Both the position numbers and the translations under genes were made by a program. The notes beneath the pieces are model-generated. The model was not told the origin of the DNA. It ran no database searches and saw only the letters and a list, made by a program, of their open reading frames with translations. From IMG/VR virus record IMGVR_UViG_3300013306_000447: a stretch of DNA of 64,000 bases; one strand, given 5' to 3'. Source of the stretch: an uncultured virus (IMG/VR IMGVR_UViG_3300013306_000447) (lineage: Duplodnaviria; Heunggongvirae; Uroviricota; Caudoviricetes). The first letter of the stretch is position 1, and the number at the start of each line of letters is the position of its first letter. Below are positions 27,729-35,213 of the stretch, piece by piece.

Positions 27729-27992
27729 ATGCAAGCACAGCACCAAAGCAGCAGCGACTCGAAGGCTAACACATTGCCGGCAGAAGGCGTGCAGCGGGCA
27801 CGCCACCTGATGGCCATCAGCATCGTCGGTACCGCGCTTTTCGATTACCAGGTCCACAAGACGCCAGACGCCCGGATCCGCCTCGAGGCAGTCACCACCA
27901 TGGCCCACCTGCAAGGTGATCTCTCCGCCAATGAAAGGGCCTTTGTGTCCCAGCTGCTGGCCAAATCTACTTCCACCGGAGCATCCGTATGA
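27729..27992 (+). CDS. Hypothetical phage protein
   Basis: 87 aa, GAGG RBS. Confidence 0.6.
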   Translation: MQAQHQSSSDSKANTLPAEGVQRARHLMAISIVGTALFDYQVHKTPDARIRLEAVTTMAHLQGDLSANERAFVSQLLAKSTSTGASV

Positions 27993-28591
27993 GCAGCTAT
28001 TACTACAAGACTGTCGCACCCGACGCGGTGGCAATCGTTCGCAGCTTCTATGACCAGAAGGACGTCCAGCTTGCGGCAATGCAACGCCTTGGTGAGCTAT
28101 TCGGCGGAACGATCGCACCAATGCGCGACATTACTTCGCACTTTGCCGGCGGTGTGAAGTTAGGGTCTGGCCGTGAACTCGATGCGCATTGGCGTCGACC
28201 AGATGAATGGGGTTATCGCAGCCTGCGCGCTGCAGCGGTTGTTCCCAAGGGTTCAACCAAAGAGCAGCGGCTTGCGATCAAGGCGGAACACACACGCCTG
28301 CTTGAGCAATGGAAGGCTCATTGCCCGCCACGGCTCAACACACATGAATATTGGGGCCAGTTAGGCATCAACACCGGGAACCTCATGCTTTGCGGGGGCA
28401 TCAAGTTCGAACTGGACGGCACCGCTTACTTCAATCTCGGTTTCGACATCAACGAATCCGACCACCTGGGCAAAGTTGCTGCAGGCAAACCGACATCTGG
28501 TTGGATCGTGGGAGCCGTAGAAATAACCGCCGGCGAATTCGAAAAGGCCAGGGCCGCCAAACTATCCAAGCGTGAGGTGAGCTATGGCTGA
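27989..28591 (+). CDS. Hypothetical phage protein
   Basis: 200 aa, ATGA-coupled, GGAG RBS. Confidence 0.7.
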   Translation: MSSYYYKTVAPDAVAIVRSFYDQKDVQLAAMQRLGELFGGTIAPMRDITSHFAGGVKLGSGRELDAHWRRPDEWGYRSLRAAAVVPKGSTKEQRLAIKAEHTRLLEQWKAHCPPRLNTHEYWGQLGINTGNLMLCGGIKFELDGTAYFNLGFDINESDHLGKVAAGKPTSGWIVGAVEITAGEFEKARAAKLSKREVSYG

Positions 28592-28799
28592 TTCAAGCAT
28601 CACTCGTACACGTCCAGCGCTGGCCAGCAAGCGGCTTGATCTGCCCAGCGTCTGCGATATTTGCGGCTTTGCCCGGTCGACTCGCCGGCACCAGGGCTGC
28701 AGCAAGTTACGGCAACAACGGAAAACAGAGGAATGGGCTGCCTTGATGGCAGAGAAACTTGCTGCTCGAGCAGCACGGGAGAAACGTTATGCACGCTGA
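28584..28799 (+). CDS. Small Cys/His protein
   Basis: CDIC...H..C motif, GAGGTG RBS. Confidence 0.65.
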   Translation: MADSSITRTRPALASKRLDLPSVCDICGFARSTRRHQGCSKLRQQRKTEEWAALMAEKLAARAAREKRYAR

Positions 28800-28998
28800 A
28801 CCAGGAAATGAGCTGCCTCAGGAGGCACGGCCTCCGCAAACCATCAAGGGCCTGAAGCGCCAAGCCACCAAAATAAAGAAAGCGCGTGGTATTCGCCATG
28901 CGGAGGCTTTGGAGATCGTCGCTCAAAGCATGGGATACAGCAGCTACAAGTCGGCACTGAATGATCTGGGAGACTCGGCCCTGGAGCCGAGCCAATAA
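28789..28998 (+). CDS. Small helical protein
   Basis: LKRQATKIKKARGIRHAEALEIVAQSMGYSSY; GGAG RBS. Confidence 0.6.
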   Translation: MHAEPGNELPQEARPPQTIKGLKRQATKIKKARGIRHAEALEIVAQSMGYSSYKSALNDLGDSALEPSQ

Positions 28999-29089
28999 AT
29001 CTCAGCAGTTTGCATTCCAACTTCTAATAACGATGCCCCGGCCGCAGCGCTAAACTGTCCGGGGTGCTCCAGCTTACTGAGGGCTAGCA

Positions 29090-29302
29090 ATGAACTCCCG
29101 ATCGGACAACGTCCTGGTATTCACCGACCTGCAGCGCATAACCGGCTACCAACGCCGTTCTGACGTTGAACGGTCACTGATCGACCAGGGCGTTCGCTTG
29201 TTCCGTGGCCGCACCGGGCCCTGGACGACGTTGGACCTTATCAACCAGGCCGCAGGCATGAAGCCAGCCGCAGCAGAACGATACGACTCCGACATCCTAT
29301 GA
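29090..29302 (+). CDS. Putative excisionase / RDF (DUF4224-like)
   Basis: 70 aa, DLQRITGYQR motif, ATGA overlap with integrase. Confidence 0.7.
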   Translation: MNSRSDNVLVFTDLQRITGYQRRSDVERSLIDQGVRLFRGRTGPWTTLDLINQAAGMKPAAAERYDSDIL

Positions 29303-30447
29303 AAAAAGCACGGAAGCGGAAGCATAATCCGCACATTCCAGCACATATCGACCAGGCCGCTCTCCCAGCGGCCGTTTACTTTGACCATCGAAAAGGTCAG
29401 GTCTGGTACACGCTGCACTATGACGAAACGGGAAAACAGCGCCGGCGCAACATTGCGCCGGCCGACGTTTCCCTGGCCGAACTGCACCAGATCATGGACG
29501 AGACATCCAATGTCGATCGTGGAACGCTTCGCTACGTTTGTGGCCAGTTTCACGAGAGCGACCGTTACAAGAAGCTCAGCCCGAAAACCCATGACGACTA
29601 CTGCTACTCGCGTGATGTTCTGCTGACCTTGCCCACAAAGCTGGGCAAGCCCTTGGGAGATCTGGCGGTGCGCAAGTTTACTTCTGCCCTGGTGCAACGC
29701 ATCGTCGATCGGCTAGCAGACGAAGGAACCCCATCCAAAGCCGCGCACGCCCTTCGCTACCTGCGCCGCGTGCTGCAATGGGGCCGCAACCGCGGCTTCC
29801 TGGAAGTGAACCCAGCCCTGGGCATTGAGGCCCCTGTCGAGCGAAAGCAACGCCGCCTGCCGAACCATCAAGTCATGGATACACTCATCGATCGAGCAAT
29901 TGCCCGGGGCCTGCTGATACGCGGCGAAAAAGGCGGCTGCCCGGAGTATCTCGGCTACGTCATGGAGCTGGCCTATCTCTGCAGGCTACGTGGTATCGAA
30001 GTCGTTACCCTGACCGACGCAAACGAGCTGGAGAGCGGGATTCTGACCAACCGCCGCAAGGGCAGCCGGGACAACATTGTTCGCTGGACACCCCGACTGC
30101 GCAAAGCTTGGGATAACGCCAAGGCCTATCGCGCCAAGGTTTGGGCCAAACGCAAAACCGCGATACCGATCGCACCATCACGCCGAAACATTATCGTGGC
30201 CAGCCACGGTGGGCCGCTGCGCAAGTCCAGCCTGGACACGGCATGGCAGCGCTTCATCACCCTGGCTCTCGCCGACGAGATCATCACACCAGAGCAACGA
30301 TTCGCCCTTCACGATCTGAAACGACGTGGCATCACCGACACGGTCGGCACTCGGGCGGATAAACAGGAGGCCAGCGGCCACCGTGACCCGAAGATGATGG
30401 ACGTCTACGACCACAGCATACCGACCGTTTCCCCTTCTGCAGACTGA
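29299..30447 (+). CDS. int: Tyrosine integrase
   Basis: R (LCRLR), K (RKGS), HDLKR, SGH, VY; next to the att repeat. Confidence 0.92.
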   Translation: MKKARKRKHNPHIPAHIDQAALPAAVYFDHRKGQVWYTLHYDETGKQRRRNIAPADVSLAELHQIMDETSNVDRGTLRYVCGQFHESDRYKKLSPKTHDDYCYSRDVLLTLPTKLGKPLGDLAVRKFTSALVQRIVDRLADEGTPSKAAHALRYLRRVLQWGRNRGFLEVNPALGIEAPVERKQRRLPNHQVMDTLIDRAIARGLLIRGEKGGCPEYLGYVMELAYLCRLRGIEVVTLTDANELESGILTNRRKGSRDNIVRWTPRLRKAWDNAKAYRAKVWAKRKTAIPIAPSRRNIIVASHGGPLRKSSLDTAWQRFITLALADEIITPEQRFALHDLKRRGITDTVGTRADKQEASGHRDPKMMDVYDHSIPTVSPSAD

Positions 30448-30455
30448 GCAAATCG

Positions 30456-30540
30456 GACGTAACAAGCGACACAGGGCCCGCTATCTACGCGGGCCTTGGC
30501 GTGTCTGGACGTAATAATGAATCACGTAACCCATTGATTT
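30456..30540. promoter_or_regulatory. Integrase arm-type sites and IHF site (right arm)
   Basis: GACGTAACAAG (30456), GACGTAATAAT (30508), CACGTAAC (30523); reverse strand AATCAATGGGTTA fits WATCAANNNNTTR. Confidence 0.7.
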
Positions 30541-30559
30541 GTATGCTTGAAGCACCTTC

Positions 30560-30605
30560 CTTGTAATCAGTAGGTCCCGGGTTCGACTCCTGGTGCCGGC
30601 ACCAT
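30560..30605 (+). repeat. att core, second copy (tRNA-Thr 3' fragment); junction of the two prophages
   Basis: 46 bp identical to 312..357; tRNA 5' half absent. Confidence 0.95.
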
Positions 30606-30613
30606 TTAAAATC

Positions 30614-30644
30614 AAAGGCTTGCAGCGATGCAGGCCTTTTTTTT
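30614..30644 (+). terminator. Intrinsic terminator after the second att copy
   Basis: AAAGGCTTGCA-GCGA-TGCAGGCCTTTTTTTT, near copy of 365..397. Confidence 0.75.
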
Positions 30645-30704
30645 CTCCGTAAGCGTACAAATAGACGTACAATTTTTGCCCTGCCCCCCAGGAAACCCGC
30701 CTTT

Positions 30705-31760
30705 CTAAATTTCTTTCCCAGCTCTAGCTTTTCCACAAACAACCTGATTCTTTCCGCCTCTTTTCGCAGCGTACAGATTCTTGTCAGCTAGAGAGATCCA
30801 GCAATCGACTTCTGAAATATGAATGTTCCATGGCACAATACCAACACTCAAAGTTAAACCCCCATCTGGAAAAATAGCATCACACTCACATCTAAAAGCC
30901 TCACATATCTCTCGCATCCTTGCCTCCGCGTCAGAAGCGTTTACATTTGTGAGCAGCACACAAAATTCATCTCCGCCATATCTACAAATATAATCAAACA
31001 CCCTTAATTTTTCGGTCAGGACCTTACTCAATGTACGTAGTACGTTGTCTCCAGCCGTATGCCCGCAAGAATCATTAACCCCCTTAAAACCATCAATATC
31101 TATAATTGCCAACACGGAATTTTCTTTCTTACTCTTTCGCTTCAAACACGCAGAGACCATCTCACTCCAATACCGCCGATTAAGCAGTCCTGTTAGCGGG
31201 TCAATACGACTCAATTCACGGAGCTGCTTCTTATTGCTCCTAAACTCAGAAGCCAGGCTATAAAATGCCAAACCCAATATCATTGGATATATAACAGCCA
31301 ATGGTACGCACACCCAATCATCAAATTCAGACGCCCCTTTGTAAGAAAACCCAAAAGCAAGAAACGCAATAAAGAAACCCGACAATTTGCATACTAGGCC
31401 TTTAATCCAGAACACAGGCCCACCAACTGAAATATTATTCATTGCAACCATCGCAAAAATCAATGCTGTTGGAATTGGCTTCGCATGCATCACAGCTATC
31501 CAAAACCCACACAACAAAGAATCAACTAATAGATTATTTTTCTCGGATCGAAATGGATCTGACGAATAAAATGCTATATACCTTGCAATATGGGCCCATA
31601 CGAGAGCGTTTAAGCCGAGCAGCACTAATAAAACTTTAGTTAAATCTGAATATGTGGTTATCAGTATCACGAAACCGCACAGGACAGATCCAAGCACTCG
31701 TGGAAAGTAGATCCGACTTACGAATACTCGCCCTTCAATAAAATCTTCCGTTTCTAACAT
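30705..31760 (-). CDS. Membrane diguanylate cyclase, MASE2 + GGDEF (AdrA/DgcC-like)
   Basis: RIYFPRVLG start of TM region; DPLTGLLNRR, DIDGFK.VND..GH..GD, RVFD I-site, RYGGDEF, AD..LY.AK..GKN; start may be up to 31826. Confidence 0.92.
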   Translation of the reverse strand: MLETEDFIEGRVFVSRIYFPRVLGSVLCGFVILITTYSDLTKVLLVLLGLNALVWAHIARYIAFYSSDPFRSEKNNLLVDSLLCGFWIAVMHAKPIPTALIFAMVAMNNISVGGPVFWIKGLVCKLSGFFIAFLAFGFSYKGASEFDDWVCVPLAVIYPMILGLAFYSLASEFRSNKKQLRELSRIDPLTGLLNRRYWSEMVSACLKRKSKKENSVLAIIDIDGFKGVNDSCGHTAGDNVLRTLSKVLTEKLRVFDYICRYGGDEFCVLLTNVNASDAEARMREICEAFRCECDAIFPDGGLTLSVGIVPWNIHISEVDCWISLADKNLYAAKRGGKNQVVCGKARAGKEI

Positions 31761-32043
31761 TTCGCGCGCCCTTACGTATCTCAAAACTAGTTCCCTACAA
31801 ACTTCTTGGCGCCAATTAATCGACACCTTAAACTCGTAATCGATACTACGTCAGCGACATTGAGACAGACCTGACAAATAATCACAATTTCTCAAAAAAA
31901 TATTTTCCCTCTTTGCTTTTACTATTAAAACGAATATAACACCCCCGACACAGTTGAAAATCTTACCAACGGCGATGACATGACATAACTAAAATCTGCA
32001 GCATTTAAATTCCGCGCAAAAAACAACTTCTAGAACTCTAAAA

Positions 32044-32408
32044 ATGATGATACATCACAGCATAACAACTGGCACTCTAGTTAAGCAAAAACTTAATGTA
32101 TGGACGCTAAAAAAAAAGAACGCACGTTATTTAATGCACATTCTAATATCTCAATTCAGCTAACCAGAATTGAAAGTGAAATTCTTGAGCTATTCTCTAT
32201 AAAATCTGGATACCCTGTAAGCAATGAAACCACAACCAGACATATAGGAAAGGACCCAGACAAATATAGAGGAATTTGCATGTGTTTTTGCAGGCTTCAG
32301 AAAAAATTTAAGATCTACACTTCAGGGGAAAAATTATTTCGGTCTGTTAGAAACAAAGGCTACTATTTGGTACAAATAGTTGAGATCGAAAACCTTCTTC
32401 AACCCTAA
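32044..32408 (+). pseudogene. OmpR/PhoB-type winged-helix regulator, frameshifted at an A9 tract (or intact from ATG 32100)
   Basis: Downstream frame: LTRIESEILELF...RLQKKF...FRSVRNKGYYL; upstream frame from 32044 supplies ...LNVWTL before A9 at 32109..32117. Confidence 0.6.
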
Positions 32409-32614
32409 AAACCAAACACTAATTATTTAATATAACAATGCATACCAAGGACGGTTTTCACTTAACTTAAATCAACCATCACTCTTTTAATTTCGATACA
32501 TAGAACCACCCGCTAGATAATTGGCCACTAAATCTTTGAAAAACAATTAAGATTGACGACATTATTAACCCCGCCTCATGACCTGTAGATAGACTAGCTC
32601 CAATGTATTTACAG

Positions 32615-33127
32615 TCATTGCATAGAAACTTCTTTTGCGTAGGCCTGGCAGGCTTGCAGGGCGATCAATCCTCGGTCGCCGGCATCGGTGATGCCGATAA
32701 TTCGTTGAGCATGCGCTGGGTCAAGTTGGGCTCGACGGGCTGCATGAACCACGCCGACGGTGCCGGGGGTGGCAGACACGTTGCAACCACTGGCTGGGTC
32801 CTTGGCGTCGAGAAGGACTGACAGCCGCACATCAGCAGTAGCAAGGCGGTCACGCAATAGAGCCTGATTACGTTGGGCATTGGACAGTTCTCGGGTGTGC
32901 TGTTGATCGGAGACGGCGAGTTGTTGCTCTGTAGCCAGGCGCTTGTCCTGTTCGGTCTGCTGATGGCGGAGCGCGGCCTGGGTCAGATTGTTTAGATCGT
33001 CAGCCTGCAGCGCGGCCTGGCTCGCGAGCTTTCCCGTGTAACGCCACGCTTGCACCTGCCAGGCCGCGCCGAACGCAATGATCATCGCCATCAGCAAGAT
33101 TGCCAGTTTCTGTGGTGTGGTCAGCAT
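32615..33127 (-). CDS. Rz: i-spanin (Rz-like)
   Basis: N-terminal TM helix, coiled coil, LRDRLAT, LQACQAY. Confidence 0.88.
   Translation of the reverse strand: MLTTPQKLAILLMAMIIAFGAAWQVQAWRYTGKLASQAALQADDLNNLTQAALRHQQTEQDKRLATEQQLAVSDQQHTRELSNAQRNQALLRDRLATADVRLSVLLDAKDPASGCNVSATPGTVGVVHAARRAQLDPAHAQRIIGITDAGDRGLIALQACQAYAKEVSMQ
32665..32880 (-). CDS. Rz1: o-spanin lipoprotein (Rz1-like), nested in Rz
   Basis: Lipobox LMCG-C, Pro-rich CLPPPAPSAW, fully embedded out of frame. Confidence 0.8.
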   Translation of the reverse strand: MPNVIRLYCVTALLLLMCGCQSFSTPRTQPVVATCLPPPAPSAWFMQPVEPNLTQRMLNELSASPMPATED

Positions 33128-33435
33128 TACTCATCCTCCCAATCGGGTAGGTCGACGGTCTGTCCCGCCAGATGGTGAGTGCAGTCCTCAAGAAACTGAA
33201 TGCGCCCACCGGTCACGAACGAATGGCAAACCCGGGGACCGTCCGACCAGGTGTATCGGACCAGAATGCTCGGCGTGAACGTCGGCACCTCCGCATTGCC
33301 ATTCCACCCCCACCGTGGCCCGGGGCCATTTCCATGCGATACACCATGGGCGATGTCACAGCCAGGGCACGAGAAATACAGACGGTCCTCCTCGGCTTGG
33401 GCCAGGCAGCGGGACACCTTCCGTAATGCCGTCAT
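33127..33435 (-). CDS. Cys/His-rich protein (DUF6527-like)
   Basis: CPGC..H, WGWNG, PTFTPSI, CHSFV, DCTH. Confidence 0.7.
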   Translation of the reverse strand: MTALRKVSRCLAQAEEDRLYFSCPGCDIAHGVSHGNGPGPRWGWNGNAEVPTFTPSILVRYTWSDGPRVCHSFVTGGRIQFLEDCTHHLAGQTVDLPDWEDE

Positions 33436-33941
33436 GACAGTGCTCCACCCGCCAGGCGGTACTGCTGGATCAGATCGGCAAGCCGGTGTTCACGCTGGCC
33501 ATACCCTGCACCAGGTAGGCTTGCCCAAATATTCCGGCACTTTGCGATCGCGGATTCGACCCGTCCGGCATGTACGTCCGGTAGTGCGCGGCATTCGCGG
33601 ATGTGCTGCAGAGCCAGCAGGTCCTGGCTGATAGGACTGAAGTCAGGCAAGGCCAACAACGTTCGGTAATACGGCCAGTCCTTGAGCATTTGCTGGTATC
33701 GGCCCGAGGCATTAGATGTCAGGCCCTTGCTGTTGATGACCTTCGAGCGCCGTCCCTTTGCGAAGGGGTGATCACTGAAATCTTTGAAGACCTCAGGCTT
33801 TCTGTCGATGCCCGTCACGATGACGTCATAGCCATCCAGGGCCGTGGCCGGCGATGTGCTGGTCCCCTCGGACCAAGCGAGCATGTCGAGGAAGGCCAAC
33901 GCATTGCGGCTGCCCGCTTGAGTGGTTGAGAGTCGTGCCAT
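33432..33941 (-). CDS. Endolysin, lambda R-like lytic transglycosylase
   Basis: AFLDMLAWSEGT, SNASGRYQ, DFSPISQD, IWASLPGAGYGQ. Confidence 0.92.
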   Translation of the reverse strand: MARLSTTQAGSRNALAFLDMLAWSEGTSTSPATALDGYDVIVTGIDRKPEVFKDFSDHPFAKGRRSKVINSKGLTSNASGRYQQMLKDWPYYRTLLALPDFSPISQDLLALQHIRECRALPDVHAGRVESAIAKCRNIWASLPGAGYGQREHRLADLIQQYRLAGGALS

Positions 33942-34153
33942 AGCCTTTTCTCCAGACGAAAAAAACCCGCACAACGGCGGGGATTAGAGGTGAAATGATC
34001 TCTGTTAAGTTTGTTTTAAACGGTGCTGTATTCAAACGAATGAGGCCAGGAAGCTCGTCGTGATAAGAGTTCCATCCCGTTATTAATTGACAGCCTTTGG
34101 ATGGGGCACATCGCTATCATCCCCGCCAAATTCCCCCTAGAAGGAACGCGTCA

Positions 34154-34342
34154 ATGGTGCAAAGGCCCGCCAAAACTACCAATCACCACGGATGGGTTTG
34201 GGTCTACAAAAAAATCAGACGTCTTGGATTTTCTCGATTCACTGCTTGCTACAGAGCAAGCCTTTACGCTCTCAGAGGAGACACAGGAACTTTCAGGTTC
34301 AAAAACGGCTGGGAAAAATTCCGCTTCCGCCGCAAACCATGA
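34154..34342 (+). CDS. Small basic protein, opposite to the late operon (moron)
   Basis: 62 aa, AAGGA RBS, sits in a gap between two minus-strand genes. Confidence 0.5.
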   Translation: MVQRPAKTTNHHGWVWVYKKIRRLGFSRFTACYRASLYALRGDTGTFRFKNGWEKFRFRRKP

Positions 34343-34373
34343 GTTGCGGCGGGTTATAGGTTTACCTGGCCAG

Positions 34374-35213
34374 CTATGGGAAAGTCGACGGTGCGGTGAA
34401 GGTGTCTCCAGCAAACCGGCCACCTGCCGCGAAAGCGGCATCCCATAACGCCTTGTCGAGGGCGTCGACGTCAGCGTAGGTACGCCCCGACACGGTCAGA
34501 TCCTCGCAGTAGCCACGATAGAAGATGTCCGAGGGGCATTGATTGGTCAGCGCGGAACCAGATCCGCCGTTACCGAAAATAATGCTCCCGGCCGCTGCCG
34601 CAACCGTATCACCACTCCCCGCAGACGCTCGCATCGAGGAGTACCGGTTAGCCACGGCGTTGGCACCGCCGACGACGTTGTAAAGCCCGGAAGCCTTGCC
34701 GGTGTTTCCGGCGCCATTCATGTACCCCAGGAAGTTACCGCCGCTACCGATCTCCATGTATCGATGCCCCGTAGAGAGCGCAGCACGTGTGCGATGTGCC
34801 CATACCGAAAAATAGAACAGGTGGGTTTTGTTCGCGATGATGTAGTCACGGATCGCTGTTGCGACATTGATCTGTGAGCCATGACCGTTCACTGTGTTGT
34901 TCACTTGGCTGTAAATGGCGTGCAGGCCCTTCCTGGGCGTTCGCTCAAACAATGCGTCGGCCGCGACCGCGTTGCTGCTGAATACCCCGGCCAAGCTGCT
35001 CTCAGTGCCAGCGCCAAGCACCGCTGCCGCTTCGGCGTAAGCGATGTTGGGGATAACAGCACCCGCTGCCGGCACTCCGCTCACACCACCCAAGCTATGC
35101 CCCAAGTCGAACAAATACAGCGACCCTGCACTCAGCAACGCATCGGAGCGCAGAATGGGCAACGTCGTATCGGTGAAGGTGATGCCATCCAGTACGGTTT
35201 TTTGTCCGGCCAT
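34374..35213 (-). CDS. Tail-associated protein following the tailspike
   Basis: 279 aa, Gly/Ala/Ser rich, TAATG-coupled with GGAGG RBS. Confidence 0.65.
   Translation of the reverse strand: MAGQKTVLDGITFTDTTLPILRSDALLSAGSLYLFDLGHSLGGVSGVPAAGAVIPNIAYAEAAAVLGAGTESSLAGVFSSNAVAADALFERTPRKGLHAIYSQVNNTVNGHGSQINVATAIRDYIIANKTHLFYFSVWAHRTRAALSTGHRYMEIGSGGNFLGYMNGAGNTGKASGLYNVVGGANAVANRYSSMRASAGSGDTVAAAAGSIIFGNGGSGSALTNQCPSDIFYRGYCEDLTVSGRTYADVDALDKALWDAAFAAGGRFAGDTFTAPSTFP

Noticed and set aside
30560..30605. Second functional tRNA-Thr
   Set aside because: Only the 3' half is present; it is an att core
30481..30742. Minus-strand ORFs across the att junction
   Set aside because: Translations of the tRNA fragment and terminator
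34087..34120. TTGACA...TATCAT promoter for the small basic ORF
   Set aside because: Spacer is 22 bp, too long for sigma70
34101..34448. 115-aa alternative ORF
   Set aside because: No RBS and it overlaps the 3' end of the 279-aa tail gene; the 34154 frame fits better
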